From the NCBI GenBank assembly GCA_000434395.1, contig FR878777.1:29085-93084 (forward strand): a stretch of DNA of 64,000 nucleotides. Reading direction: 5' to 3'. This DNA comes from Clostridium sp. CAG:568. GTDB taxonomy: Bacteria > Bacillota_I > Bacilli_A > RFN20 > CAG-288. This document shows positions 1-10,335 of the stretch, piece after piece; position 1 is the first letter of the stretch, and each line of letters begins with the position of its first letter. Both the position numbers and the translations under genes were made by a program. The notes beneath the pieces are model-generated. The model saw only the letters and a list, made by a program, of their open reading frames with translations. It was not told the origin of the DNA and ran no database searches.

Positions 1-1477
1 AGAGAAAGTATTGAAGAAGGTCTTGCTTTTGCCTAAGACTGAAATTGTCTCTTATATCTTGGCTCATGAGAAACCTAAGATTTCTAGATATGGTCATTTG
101 ATCGAAGTCGCTGTCGAAGATAGCTTTGATAGATTGATTCTTCCTTCTGTCACCAATGATGTTTGGGGAGATTTGTTGGATAAAGCTAAAGAGGAAGCTT
201 TGAGTGTCTTTTCAAAGAACTTAAGAGATATTTTGCTATTCCCTCCATTGATGGGAAAAACAATTATGGGATTTGATCCTGGATATGCTCATGGATGCAA
301 GATTTGTGTAATATCCTCGAGCAATGACGTTTTAGCTACTTCTGTAGTTTATCCTACATTAGGAAAAGGTCAAAGGTATAATGAGGCCTTAAAAATTATT
401 GCTGATTTGATAAGAAAATATAAAGTTCAAGCTATAGCATTAGGAAATGGAACAGCATCTAGGGAATCGGCTGATTTCTTGAAAGAAGTCATTTCGACCA
501 ACGGATTTGATACTCAAGTCATCGTTGTTAGTGAGGCTGGAGCATCAGTATATTCTGCTACACCATTAGCTGAGAAGGAATTCCCTGACTACGATGTTAA
601 TTTGAGATCTTCAGTATCTATTGCTAGAAGATTGGAAGATCCTTTGGCAGAATTGGTAAAGATTCCTCCTGAAGCAGCTGGTGTTGGTCAATATCAACAT
701 GATATGGATCAAAAAGGTTTGAAAGATAACTTGGGAAAGGTTGTCGAGGATTGTGTCAACTATGTGGGTGTCAATTTAAACACCGCTTCTGTCTCATTGC
801 TTTCCTATGTTTCAGGTGTCTCATCAAAACTCGCTCAATCTGTAATCGATTTTAGAACTGCAAATGGTCCTTTTAAGAATAGAGAACAACTTCATAAGGT
901 TAAAGGATTTGGACCTGTTGCATTTAAGAATGCAGCTGGTTTCTTAAGGGTTAAAGGCGATGAGCCTTTCGATGATACAGGAATTCATCCTGAATCATAT
1001 GAAATCGCTAGACATATCGTTTCATTATATGGAATCGATTCTGTTGATAAAGCTCAAGAATTTATTAAGAATAATAATGAAAGCAAATTTATAGAAGTTG
1101 CTGGAAATGTTGGATCTGATCCATATACTGTAAAGCTTGTAATCGAGGAATTGTCTAAACCTGGAAGAGATCCCAGAGGTAATTTCAAGACTGCAAAATT
1201 ATCTAATGCGGTGCATTCCATCGAAGATTTGAAGGTCGGAATGGTGTTGGAAGGAACTGTTAGAAACATAGCTGATTTCGGTGCTTTTGTCGATTTGGGT
1301 GTTCATAAGGATGGCTTAGTTCATGTCTCTGAAATTGCCAATAGAAGAATATCTAAGCCTTCTGATGTCCTTCATGTCGGTCAAGTTGTCAAAGTGGAAG
1401 TCTTAGAAGTCGATGTTAAAAGACAACGTATATCTTTGTCTATTAAGAAGGCATTGGATAAGGAAACTAATGTATGA
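1..1477 (+). CDS. tex: Tex-like transcription accessory protein, 5'-truncated at the window edge. The ORF track begins at a TTG at 11, but the frame is open from position 2.
   Basis: There is a C-terminal S1 domain (GMVLEGTVRNIADFGAFVDLGVHKDGLVHVSEI...VKVEVLEVDVKRQRISLSIK) preceded by HhH-like and YqgF-like regions. Tex is about 720 aa, so roughly 230 aa of the N-terminus lie upstream of the window. Confidence 0.7.
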   Translation, partial: EKVLKKVLLLPKTEIVSYILAHEKPKISRYGHLIEVAVEDSFDRLILPSVTNDVWGDLLDKAKEEALSVFSKNLRDILLFPPLMGKTIMGFDPGYAHGCKICVISSSNDVLATSVVYPTLGKGQRYNEALKIIADLIRKYKVQAIALGNGTASRESADFLKEVISTNGFDTQVIVVSEAGASVYSATPLAEKEFPDYDVNLRSSVSIARRLEDPLAELVKIPPEAAGVGQYQHDMDQKGLKDNLGKVVEDCVNYVGVNLNTASVSLLSYVSGVSSKLAQSVIDFRTANGPFKNREQLHKVKGFGPVAFKNAAGFLRVKGDEPFDDTGIHPESYEIARHIVSLYGIDSVDKAQEFIKNNNESKFIEVAGNVGSDPYTVKLVIEELSKPGRDPRGNFKTAKLSNAVHSIEDLKVGMVLEGTVRNIADFGAFVDLGVHKDGLVHVSEIANRRISKPSDVLHVGQVVKVEVLEVDVKRQRISLSIKKALDKETNV

Positions 1478-1809
1478 ACTCTAAATTAGGTTTATATATG
1501 GTTGTTAGTGATGATGGAAGGAACAAGGTTCTCGTAAAGACTACTGTTTTTATTGATTTGGTAAAATGTGCTTTGAGACAAGTGCAAGATAAAAATCCCG
1601 ATTCCAATATGTTCTTCTCATTTTCTGATGATGATGTGACATTGCAAAAAGACAATAATACGTTTGTCGCCAAAGTGTTTTTGATTTATTCTTCTAATTC
1701 AAATGAGATGGAAATTGGTAATAAGGTATTGGTCGAGTTTAAAGACGCAATAAAGGCTTGTATGCCTGATATCTCTTTCAGAATTGAAATATCTGGAAAG
1801 ACAATCTAA
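1474..1809 (+). CDS. Asp23/Gls24-family (YqhY-like) small protein
   Basis: It is 111 aa and overlaps tex by 4 nt (ATGA). Its position before nusB matches B. subtilis yqhY-nusB synteny, and the C-terminal half weakly resembles Asp23 (IGNKVLVEFKDAIKACMPDISFRIEISG). Confidence 0.4.
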   Translation: MNSKLGLYMVVSDDGRNKVLVKTTVFIDLVKCALRQVQDKNPDSNMFFSFSDDDVTLQKDNNTFVAKVFLIYSSNSNEMEIGNKVLVEFKDAIKACMPDISFRIEISGKTI

Positions 1810-1866
1810 AAATTAAGTAGTTTGTGATAATATATATAAGCTTTTTTAAGGGGGACGAGTTTTATT

Positions 1867-2496
1867 ATGTTCATGACAAGGCGAACTATCAGAGAGAAGA
1901 CTGTATTTAGTGTATATGATGCATTGATTTATGAATCACTTCATATGGATTTTGATGCAAAGATGATACTTTGTGGAGCTTTTATGTGCAAATTTAAAGA
2001 TATTGATCCTGTCTATGTAGATGTCTTTGCTAAAGCTCTTCTCAATCAAGATGAAATAAAAAATCGTGTCAATGAATACCTTATAAATTGGTCTTTTGAT
2101 CGTCTCTCATGGATCAGCAAAGCCATTTTTATGGTTTCATATTCAGAAACTGTGTTGGTCAAAGCTGTTCCTCTTGAAATATCGATAAATGAAGCGATTG
2201 AGATTGCTAGAAAATATGTTGATGATGCTGAAACCAAATATTTAAATGCAGTTTTAAACAAAGTGTTGCACAATGCTTTAGGTGATGTTATAGACAACGA
2301 GAAAGTCGAAGTGGATGTCAAAGAGATGGAAGTCCCTTCCGAAAACGAGATTGAAAAAATAGTGAATGAAGCTATCGATGTTCAAAAAGAACCTCTCGGT
2401 GGATTAAAAGCTCCTTTTGAAGCTGAAAAGAGCAAATACATAAATACTTCTGATGCCGATATAAAAGATGATGGCAAAGAAGGTGAGGATAAGTGA
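1867..2496 (+). CDS. nusB: Transcription antitermination factor NusB with an acidic C-terminal extension
   Basis: NusB-like helices occupy residues about 1-135, followed by a roughly 70-aa D/E/K-rich tail. An SD (AAGGGGGA) lies 12 nt upstream of the ATG. Its position before xseA matches Bacillus. Confidence 0.7.
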   Translation: MFMTRRTIREKTVFSVYDALIYESLHMDFDAKMILCGAFMCKFKDIDPVYVDVFAKALLNQDEIKNRVNEYLINWSFDRLSWISKAIFMVSYSETVLVKAVPLEISINEAIEIARKYVDDAETKYLNAVLNKVLHNALGDVIDNEKVEVDVKEMEVPSENEIEKIVNEAIDVQKEPLGGLKAPFEAEKSKYINTSDADIKDDGKEGEDK

Positions 2497-3794
2497 ACTA
2501 TTATCCCGAACAAATAAGAGTCTTTACTGTCGGTGAGCTTTGCTCAATATTAAAAGAGACTTTTGATGAGCCTCAATTTAAAGGCCTATACGTGGATGCT
2601 GAGATTGAAAGCAAAAACATTAGAAATGGTCATGTTTATTTAGGTCTTAGAGATTCAACTACTTCATCGTTGAGGCAGGCAAAGATTCAAGGAATTATCT
2701 GGGCTAGCACTGCAGCTAAGATGACAGTTAAATATCAAGTCGGAGATGTTATTAGGATTAGGGCTGGTTTAAATTTCTATGAAGGTAATTCTTCTATTTC
2801 TTTGATAATTTCTTCTTTGGAAGTGTTAAAGAGTAAAGAAGGTATTAACTTATTGAAGAAGAAACAGCTTTTGGAAAGACTATATAAGGCTGGTTTTTTA
2901 GATGAAGAAAGGAAAAGACCTATTCCTCGTTTTGTAAAAAGACTCGCGATAATCTCTTCATCCGAAGCTGCCGGATACAAAGATATTTTGAACACACTGT
3001 CTAAAAGATACCCAACCGAGGATACGAAACTATTTGGTGCTATTGTTCAAGGTGCTTCTGCCCCTGATTCTATATGTACAGCTTTTAAAGAAGCTTTTGC
3101 TTTTAAACCTGATGTAATTATTCTTGCCAGAGGTGGAGGAAGTAAAGGCGATTTGGCTTGTTTCGATGAAGAAAAGGTTGTCGCTATGATTGTTAAAAGC
3201 CCATGTCCTGTGATAACCGCAATCGGTCATACTATTGATGTCTCTGTATGTGATAGAGTTGCCGACATGACTGCCATAACACCTACGGATGCTGCAAATC
3301 TAATAAATCCAAGCATTAAAGAATTGTCCAGCGATTATGAAAGATATAAAAACGCATTGGTGGATAAACTAAATAGTTTGATAAACAATGAAAGACTGTT
3401 TTTGAGTGAATGTGAAAGAAAATTAATTTCTTTAGCTCCTAAAGAAAAGCTAAAGAACATGGAATTAAAATATACAAAATATAAAAGCAATCTTGAATCT
3501 CTGTTGAATCAAAGCTTATTAAAAGCTCATAATAATCTAAGTTTGTATGATAAGCAACTTATTACTTTGATAAAAAATGACTATACAAAAGCTTATCAAA
3601 AATATCTTAATTATAGTTCGATGATTGAAGCTACCAGCGTTTATAAAACTTTGAAAAGAGGATTTGCGTTTGTTTCTTATAATGGCCATTCAGTAAAATC
3701 TATTAAAGATGTTAAAATAGGGGATATAGTTGAGACAGCATTGGCTGATGGAAAGATCACTTCCAAGATTGAAAAAGTGAAAGAAGGAAATTGA
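2493..3794 (+). CDS. xseA: Exodeoxyribonuclease VII large subunit
   Basis: It has a GTG start overlapping the nusB stop and an SD GGTGAGGA. There is an OB-fold N-terminus and an ExoVII catalytic core, with a long coiled C-terminus typical of XseA. Confidence 0.85.
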   Translation: MNYYPEQIRVFTVGELCSILKETFDEPQFKGLYVDAEIESKNIRNGHVYLGLRDSTTSSLRQAKIQGIIWASTAAKMTVKYQVGDVIRIRAGLNFYEGNSSISLIISSLEVLKSKEGINLLKKKQLLERLYKAGFLDEERKRPIPRFVKRLAIISSSEAAGYKDILNTLSKRYPTEDTKLFGAIVQGASAPDSICTAFKEAFAFKPDVIILARGGGSKGDLACFDEEKVVAMIVKSPCPVITAIGHTIDVSVCDRVADMTAITPTDAANLINPSIKELSSDYERYKNALVDKLNSLINNERLFLSECERKLISLAPKEKLKNMELKYTKYKSNLESLLNQSLLKAHNNLSLYDKQLITLIKNDYTKAYQKYLNYSSMIEATSVYKTLKRGFAFVSYNGHSVKSIKDVKIGDIVETALADGKITSKIEKVKEGN

Positions 3795-3795
3795 T

Positions 3796-4023
3796 ATGGA
3801 AAAGAAAATTGATTATTCAAAAATGTCTTATCAAGAATTGGAAAATGAGATAAATCAGATTTTATCTAATCTTCAGGATGATGGTTTATCTTTGGATGAG
3901 CAAATTAAAATCGGAGAAAAAGGACAAAAAGTCCTGGCTGAGATGGGTAAAAGACTCGATGCATTGAAAGAAAAAGTCGATAAGATTTCTTCATCATCGA
4001 CCAAAGGATCAGACGAGGAATAA
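3796..4023 (+). CDS. xseB: Exodeoxyribonuclease VII small subunit
   Basis: It is a 75-aa helical protein immediately after xseA, with the XseB-like sequence SYQELENEINQILSNLQ...LSLDEQIKIGEKG. Confidence 0.8.
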   Translation: MEKKIDYSKMSYQELENEINQILSNLQDDGLSLDEQIKIGEKGQKVLAEMGKRLDALKEKVDKISSSSTKGSDEE

Positions 4024-5897
4024 TGGCTAAAATAGACAAGGAAAAATCAAAGGAAGCTTTATCAAATCCTAGTTTTTCTAATGTCAAAAATTTGAATTAT
4101 AAAGATTGCAAGATACTTTGCCATGACTTAAGAAATAAAATAATAGATGTTGTATCAAAAAATGGCGGGCATCTGTCTAGTAATCTTGGAATGGTCGAAA
4201 TAACTGTCTCACTGCTCCGTAATTTCGATGCTTTGAATGATGATTTGATATTTGATACAGGACATCAAAGCTACACATATAAAATTTTGACTGGTAGGGA
4301 TATATCTAATATAAGAGAAGATGGTGGAATAGCACCCTTTTTAGATAAGGATGAAAGCAACTTTGATAAAGTTTCAACGGGTCATTCGGGATCATCCCTT
4401 TCTATCGCTTATGGAATGGAAAAGGCAAAACAATTGGATGATGTAAATAGTTTTACTGTGGCTATAATTGGGGATGGAGCTTTAGAATCAGGCTTATCTT
4501 TTGAAGCATTGAATAATATTGGCGCTGATCCTAATTCCAGGATGATCATCGTTTTTAACGATAACGGAATGTCTATTCAACAAGCTAAAGGTGCTTTAGC
4601 AAAATGGTCTAGTAAGATTAGAAACTCATTATTTTATGGAAGAGGCGCCGAGCTTTTTTATAATTTGTTTGGAAAAAACAAGATTACAAGATGGATCTAT
4701 ACTTGTTTTAAAAAGATGAAGGATTCTTTTAAACAAAGTCTTTTAGGATCTAATATTTTTGAGAATCTTGGATTTTCTTATATCGGTCCTATCGATGGAA
4801 ATGACGTGAAGAAAGTCGATCATGCTTTTAAAAGAGCTAAACTCAATAAAAGAGGTCCGATAGTAATTCATATGCTTACTAGAAAAGGATTGGGTTATGA
4901 ACCGGCTTTAGACGATTCTAATGGACTCTATCATGGTGTTGGACCATTTGATTACTATTCTGGTAAATTTCTGGATAAATCAGACACAATTACATATTCT
5001 AAAGTGTTAGCTTCTTCTATAGATAAAAGGCTTGAAATTGACAAAAAAGCTGTTGTTATAGATCCTGCGATGGTTGTCGGATCAAATTTACAAAATGTAT
5101 TCAATAAATATCAAAATCGATGCTTTGATGTTGGAATCTCTGAAGAACACGCGATGACATTTGCTGGTGGCTTGAGTTTAAAAGGGACACATCCGATTGT
5201 AATTGAGTATTCGACATTCCAACAACGTGCATATGATGAGATTCTCGAAGATATTGCAAGACAAAAAACATCTGTATTGTGTATTGTAGAACGTGCGGGA
5301 TTGAACGGTGGCGATGGTTCATCTCATCATGGAATCTATGATGTATCGATGATTAATTCGATTCCTAATTGCAGGTGTTATATGCCCTATTTTGGAAAAC
5401 AATTCAGAAATTTTGTTGTAGGATATGAATTCAATGACAATGGTCCGATATTTGTAAGGATTGCTAAAGAAAAAGCTTTTGATTTAGATAATAATTCCAA
5501 ATTTTATAAACCTTTAGAGACTGGTTTAATCATTGAAGAAAGAAAATCTGATGTATTGATTCTTGGAATAGGTCCTAAAGGCTTTGAATTGATAAATCAA
5601 TTTGACAGATTTGATATCGGAATGATAACTGATTTATTGGCTGGATTTAATATTGATAAATTGATGAATTATAAGAAGATATTTATCTATGATCCCTATG
5701 GGATTGAAGATGGAACTTGCCAGATTTTGAATAGTAAATTGTTTAAGAGCGGTTATCAAGGTGAAGTGATTTCCTTTGCTCTTAAGAAGGAATTCATCAC
5801 GTTTGGAACAAACAAAAAGTTATATGAAGATTTAAAATTGGATGTAGAATCGGTAAAAAGACAAATTTTATCTGTAATTGATATAAAATCATCCTAA
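4023..5897 (+). CDS. dxs: 1-deoxy-D-xylulose-5-phosphate synthase
   Basis: It carries the GGHLSSNLGMVEITVSL motif and transketolase-like TPP and pyrimidine-binding domains. The start overlaps the xseB stop by 1 nt. Confidence 0.9.
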   Translation: MAKIDKEKSKEALSNPSFSNVKNLNYKDCKILCHDLRNKIIDVVSKNGGHLSSNLGMVEITVSLLRNFDALNDDLIFDTGHQSYTYKILTGRDISNIREDGGIAPFLDKDESNFDKVSTGHSGSSLSIAYGMEKAKQLDDVNSFTVAIIGDGALESGLSFEALNNIGADPNSRMIIVFNDNGMSIQQAKGALAKWSSKIRNSLFYGRGAELFYNLFGKNKITRWIYTCFKKMKDSFKQSLLGSNIFENLGFSYIGPIDGNDVKKVDHAFKRAKLNKRGPIVIHMLTRKGLGYEPALDDSNGLYHGVGPFDYYSGKFLDKSDTITYSKVLASSIDKRLEIDKKAVVIDPAMVVGSNLQNVFNKYQNRCFDVGISEEHAMTFAGGLSLKGTHPIVIEYSTFQQRAYDEILEDIARQKTSVLCIVERAGLNGGDGSSHHGIYDVSMINSIPNCRCYMPYFGKQFRNFVVGYEFNDNGPIFVRIAKEKAFDLDNNSKFYKPLETGLIIEERKSDVLILGIGPKGFELINQFDRFDIGMITDLLAGFNIDKLMNYKKIFIYDPYGIEDGTCQILNSKLFKSGYQGEVISFALKKEFITFGTNKKLYEDLKLDVESVKRQILSVIDIKSS

Positions 5898-5931
5898 AAG
5901 GCTTATATTCATTATAAGGAGATGAAAAGAT

Positions 5932-7602
5932 ATGCTCAATTCATTGACTATAAAAAACTTCGTCGTAGCTGATAATATACAATTGTCATTCGATAAAGGA
6001 TTTTCAGTTTTAATAGGAGAGACTGGTGCCGGTAAAAGTGTAATAATAGACGCCATATCTGTTTGCTGTGGTGCTAAAGCAAGCCTTTCTAAGATAAGAA
6101 ATCCTGAGAAGAAAGCCTTTATTGAATGTGTCTTCTCTTTAGACGATAAGTATGTTGAAAGTAATGATTACTTAAAAGATTACTTAGATGGTTCTAATGA
6201 ATTGATAATTTCGACTTCATTCACTGCTAAAGGTGCTGTGACTAGAAAAATAAATGGTGAAACTGCTACTCAATCTATGGTTAAAAGAATTTGTGAAGAT
6301 TTAGTAAGCATTCATTCTCAAGGCTCTAATAGATCATTATTCACTCAAAAAGGGCAATTAGACATATTGGACAAGTTTGGTGGGAAGGATATACAAAAAA
6401 AGAAAGATTCGTTCTCAAATAGCTTGTTGAATTATAAATCAGCTCAAAAAGATTATGAGACTTTTATTAATGATTCTAAAAAAGAAGATCCTGAATTCTT
6501 AAAATTTAAAATTGAGGAGATAGAAAAATTTCATATTAAGGAAAATGAAATTGAAGACTGCGAGAAGCGACTTAATGATCTTTCTAATGAGGGAAAGATC
6601 AATGATTCTTTATCTCAATTGAGCGGATTGATTAATTCATATGAAGAAATCAAGAATCAAATCAAAATTTGCTTAAATGATTTAGATGGAACTTCCTTGG
6701 CAGATAAGGCAAATGAAATAAAAGAAGAATTCAATGAGATTGATGGTAACATCAATGAAATTGCTTCAACCCAAATGGATAGCGATGCTGATGAGATTGA
6801 TAGACTTAACCAAAGACTTTTTGATTTGGGTGAAATTAGAAGAAAATATGGAAAGTCGACTAAAGAAATCTTAGATAAATATAAAGCGATGAAAGATATG
6901 TACGACAGCCTTCAGGGCTTCTCGGAAGAAAAAGAAAAGAAAGAAAAACACATTGCTGAATTAAAAGAAGAATGCTTTAAAAATGCTAAAGAATTATCAA
7001 AAGAAAGAGAGAAAATCTCTAAGATTTTAGCTGAAAAAGTATCTTTGGAAATGTCTGGACTATCCTTGGCTGAAAATGGATTTAATATCAAGATTCATCA
7101 AAAAGATTTATTTGATGCTGATGGAATCGATGTAGTTGATTTTGTTGTTAGACTTAACAAAGGATTTGATTTTGCCTCATTAAAAGATGCTGCGAGTGGA
7201 GGAGAAGGATCTAGAATAATGTTAGCATTAAAAGTAGTTTTGCAAAATGCTGATCCTTCGCAATTATTAATTTTTGATGAAATTGATACTGGTATTTCTG
7301 GAAATGTTGCTTTTAAAGCTGGATTAAAATTGTATCAAGTATCGATGGATACTCAAGTTATTTGTATTACTCATTTGGCCCAAGTGGCTTGTTTCTTCGA
7401 CAAGACTTATTATATAGAAAAGAGTGTTGCAAATGACACTACTGTGACATCCGCAAAGGAACTCGATAATGGAGAATCAATAAAACAACTAGGCATGTTA
7501 TTGAGTGGAAATGAAAATAGCAAAGCTAGTTTGGATGCAGCTAAAGAGCTATATAGTGAGGCAAATAAAGAAAAAAATAAACTTAGCAAGGCTAATATTT
7601 AA
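5932..7602 (+). CDS. recN: DNA repair protein RecN
   Basis: There is an N-terminal Walker A (GETGAGKS), a long central coiled coil and a C-terminal signature/Walker B (LIFDEIDTGISG). An SD AAGGAGA is present. Confidence 0.9.
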   Translation: MLNSLTIKNFVVADNIQLSFDKGFSVLIGETGAGKSVIIDAISVCCGAKASLSKIRNPEKKAFIECVFSLDDKYVESNDYLKDYLDGSNELIISTSFTAKGAVTRKINGETATQSMVKRICEDLVSIHSQGSNRSLFTQKGQLDILDKFGGKDIQKKKDSFSNSLLNYKSAQKDYETFINDSKKEDPEFLKFKIEEIEKFHIKENEIEDCEKRLNDLSNEGKINDSLSQLSGLINSYEEIKNQIKICLNDLDGTSLADKANEIKEEFNEIDGNINEIASTQMDSDADEIDRLNQRLFDLGEIRRKYGKSTKEILDKYKAMKDMYDSLQGFSEEKEKKEKHIAELKEECFKNAKELSKEREKISKILAEKVSLEMSGLSLAENGFNIKIHQKDLFDADGIDVVDFVVRLNKGFDFASLKDAASGGEGSRIMLALKVVLQNADPSQLLIFDEIDTGISGNVAFKAGLKLYQVSMDTQVICITHLAQVACFFDKTYYIEKSVANDTTVTSAKELDNGESIKQLGMLLSGNENSKASLDAAKELYSEANKEKNKLSKANI

Positions 7603-7766
7603 AATAAAGTTGTTAAGTTAACTTTTAATTGAAACTCCAAGTCAGTGTATTTAGGAAAATCAAGGAATAATATCTAAATTTTAAGTACTTTATGAAATAA
7701 CCAACTTTAATTTTAAAATAATGTTGTTTTAATGAAATCTGCTAAGATTTATGCTATTATGAGAAT

Positions 7767-8885
7767 ATGAAATATATATGCCATATTGATTTAAATGCCT
7801 TCTTTGCTCAAGTAGAAATGAATAGGCATCCAGAGTATAAAGACAAGCCCCTCTCTGTTGGTGGAAATATAGGCAGAGCGGTTATTGCAACTTCAAATTA
7901 CGAGGCAAGAAAGTATGGTGTTCGCTCAGGTATGCCTATTTCAGAGGCATATCGTCTGTGTCCAAAATTAATAAATATTCCAGGTGACTACCATGAATAT
8001 AGCAGGCAAAGTCAATTCTTTTTTGATGAAGTAAAGAAGACTTTCCCTTTGATTGAAATGGCTTCAATAGATGAATGTTATGTGGATTCCACTAATGTTT
8101 TAATAGGTAAAAGCAGAGATGAAATTTATGAATTTCTATTTGATTTTCAATTCCAGTTGTTGGCAAAAACAGGATTGAAATGCTCTATTGGGCTAGGTCA
8201 AAATAAATTTATGGCTAAGATGGGATCAGATTATAAAAAGCCATTAGGTTTAACTTTACTATTAGATAAAAAGGATTTAGAAACTAAAATTTGGCCATTG
8301 CCTATTGAAAACATGTTTGGAATTGGTAAGAAAACCGCTCCAAAACTACTTGAGCTTGGCGTAAATACAATAGGCGATCTTGCGAATAACAAATCAATTA
8401 AGGTTATTAAAGCATTGGGCTCTATGTATGATTGGGTGTATTTTGAGGCGAATGGTGGAGGCAGTGATGAATTGAGCTATGCATCATTTGACCCGAAATC
8501 AACATCATGTGATTCTACTTTTGATTTTGATACAACTGACTATGAAGAAATAAAAAACAGGTTAATCTATTGCTCAAAAAAAGTAGGAAATCAATTGAGA
8601 TTCCATAATAAGGTTACTAAGACCATTGGAATTAAAATAAGGGATGCATCGTTTAATACTAAGTCGAGACGAATTTCAATTGATCATTTCATTGATTCTG
8701 ATGATGAAATTTGTTTTTATGCATTGAAAATTTTTGATGTTTTTTATAATGATCAACCAATCAGATTGATTGGTTGTATGGCAGAAGGATGTATAGACAA
8801 AGGTAAAGAAACATTAGTAAAAAAAGATGAGCAATTAACCATTGATGAAGCCCTGTATTTAAATAAAAAAGGAGAAAAGAATTAA
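7767..8885 (+). CDS. dinB: DNA polymerase IV (Y-family)
   Basis: It has the HIDLNAFFAQVEM motif, the SIDECYVD catalytic acidic residues, and little-finger and HhH domains. Confidence 0.85.
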   Translation: MKYICHIDLNAFFAQVEMNRHPEYKDKPLSVGGNIGRAVIATSNYEARKYGVRSGMPISEAYRLCPKLINIPGDYHEYSRQSQFFFDEVKKTFPLIEMASIDECYVDSTNVLIGKSRDEIYEFLFDFQFQLLAKTGLKCSIGLGQNKFMAKMGSDYKKPLGLTLLLDKKDLETKIWPLPIENMFGIGKKTAPKLLELGVNTIGDLANNKSIKVIKALGSMYDWVYFEANGGGSDELSYASFDPKSTSCDSTFDFDTTDYEEIKNRLIYCSKKVGNQLRFHNKVTKTIGIKIRDASFNTKSRRISIDHFIDSDDEICFYALKIFDVFYNDQPIRLIGCMAEGCIDKGKETLVKKDEQLTIDEALYLNKKGEKN

Positions 8886-9778
8886 TGACTTTGATGGATG
8901 CAGGAGATGCTTATCTTCAATATTTAATTGTTGAAAAAGGTGATTCTTCAAAGACGAAGGAGTCTTATAAGGAGGATTTGTCTGAGTTTTTTGAATTAGT
9001 TAAAGATAAAAAAGTAAATGATTTGTCTGAGAAGGACCTGGAATGGTTCATATCATATTTATCAAAAAAAGGATTGAAGAACACTTCGATTATTAGAAAA
9101 GCAACCACTGTTAGAGGCTTTTATAGTTATTTAAATCTAAATGGATATATTAATGTATCTTTAATCGGATTTAGGCTACCTAAGGCTGAAAAAAGGCTTC
9201 CTGATGTTTTGACCTATGATGAAATAGAAAAGATTATAGATGCTGTGGATACATCTGATATTAATGGAATCAGAGACAGATGCATTATAGAATGCTTATA
9301 TGGCTCTGGACTTCGTGTCTCGGAAATGACACATTTAAGAATAGAAAATGTTAATTTGAATTCATTATTCTTTAGAATTTTTGGAAAAGGTAAGAAGGAA
9401 AGGATCGTTCCTATAGATAAAGAAGAAAGAAATTGGATCATCAAGTATTTAGATGAATTCAAAAAGATATGTGGCCATAGACCTAAGATTTACTTGTTTG
9501 AAAGAACAGATGGCTCAGTTTTAGAAAGACAGCATGTAAATAATTTATTGCTGAATCTTAAGACCAAGACTGGAATAACTAAAAATATTACTCCTCATAT
9601 TCTGAGGCATTCATTTGCAACTCATCTATTAGAAAACGGAGCTCCATTAAGAGAAGTTCAAGAACTGTTAGGGCATAGCAATATTAAAACCACTCAAATT
9701 TATACCAATTTATCATCCAAAAAAATTGTAGATAAATATGATGAAATTATGGAAGAAAGGGATAAAGTAGGTAAATAG
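8885..9778 (+). CDS. xerD: XerC/XerD-family tyrosine recombinase
   Basis: It is 297 aa. The conserved R..H-R-Y residues are present (LYGSGLRVSE, HILRHSFAT, LLGHSNIKTTQIYT). Its ATG overlaps the dinB TAA. Confidence 0.8.
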   Translation: MTLMDAGDAYLQYLIVEKGDSSKTKESYKEDLSEFFELVKDKKVNDLSEKDLEWFISYLSKKGLKNTSIIRKATTVRGFYSYLNLNGYINVSLIGFRLPKAEKRLPDVLTYDEIEKIIDAVDTSDINGIRDRCIIECLYGSGLRVSEMTHLRIENVNLNSLFFRIFGKGKKERIVPIDKEERNWIIKYLDEFKKICGHRPKIYLFERTDGSVLERQHVNNLLLNLKTKTGITKNITPHILRHSFATHLLENGAPLREVQELLGHSNIKTTQIYTNLSSKKIVDKYDEIMEERDKVGK

Positions 9779-10265
9779 TATTAAATTAGTATTGGCAAAA
9801 CGAAATTGCAATGTCTTATAACGCAGAAAATATTGAAACTTTAAAACGGTTAGTTGGTTGCTTATTTAGTAGAAGATGGAAAGCTTCTAAATGGAAAATT
9901 CAGCATATAAAACATAAAGTAAGTATTTAGTAATAAATTAGTTTGAATTATCGCTCGTTTTAACATAATGTATATTATGCGAAGTATTAATAAACCTATC
10001 TATCCGATAATAAGAATTGTGTTTCTCTGCTTTAAATATAGATCATCTATTAAAATTACTATTTTGATACTAAGTACTTACTTTTATTTGCTTTTCGTCT
10101 TTTACAATTATCTCTATTTCTTTCTTATATTTATATCTGATTATTTTAAATACCAAAAATCAATAATTTTCATATTTTACAAATACTTGTTTAGTACTAT
10201 TTACTTACTTTTATATATTTAAACATATTAATAAATTTATTTGTATTGATGAGCCTGCTTTCCTT

Positions 10266-10305
10266 TTAAAAAATAAAAAATACAGCAAATTCGAATCTGC
10301 TGCAT
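10266..10305 (-). terminator. Rho-independent terminator downstream of mtnN
   Basis: On the minus strand a hairpin GCAGCAGAUUCGAAUUUGCUG is followed by a U-tract (UAUUUUUUAUUUUUU). Confidence 0.5.
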
Positions 10306-10335
10306 TTTAATTACTACTAATTTACTACTAATTAC

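Noticed and set aside
1054-1269. Many 60-130 aa ORFs antisense to or nested within large genes (for example 1054-1269, 15329-15715, 18348-18918, 36001-36531, 48153-48390)
   Set aside because: They sit entirely inside well-supported conserved genes on the opposite strand or in another frame. They are low-complexity and lack RBSs. They are typical spurious ORFs of AT-rich DNA.
5898-5931. Search for LexA/Cheo boxes (GAAC-N4-GTTC) upstream of recN (5898-5931) and dinB (7603-7766)
   Set aside because: No match to CGAACNNNNGTTCG was found in either upstream region. The AAGTTAACTT palindrome at about 7613-7622 does not fit the consensus.
7603-7766. Weak A/U hairpin (AAAGUUGUUAAGUUAACUUU) after recN as a terminator
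   Set aside because: The stem is almost entirely A-U with a single G-C and has no U-tract. It is probably not a functional intrinsic terminator.
9968-10222. 84-aa ORF (I/F/Y/L-rich) in the AT-rich spacer between the xerD-like gene and mtnN
   Set aside because: It is low-complexity translation of an AT-rich non-coding tract. It has no RBS and no recognisable fold, and it is flanked by convergent genes and the mtnN terminator.
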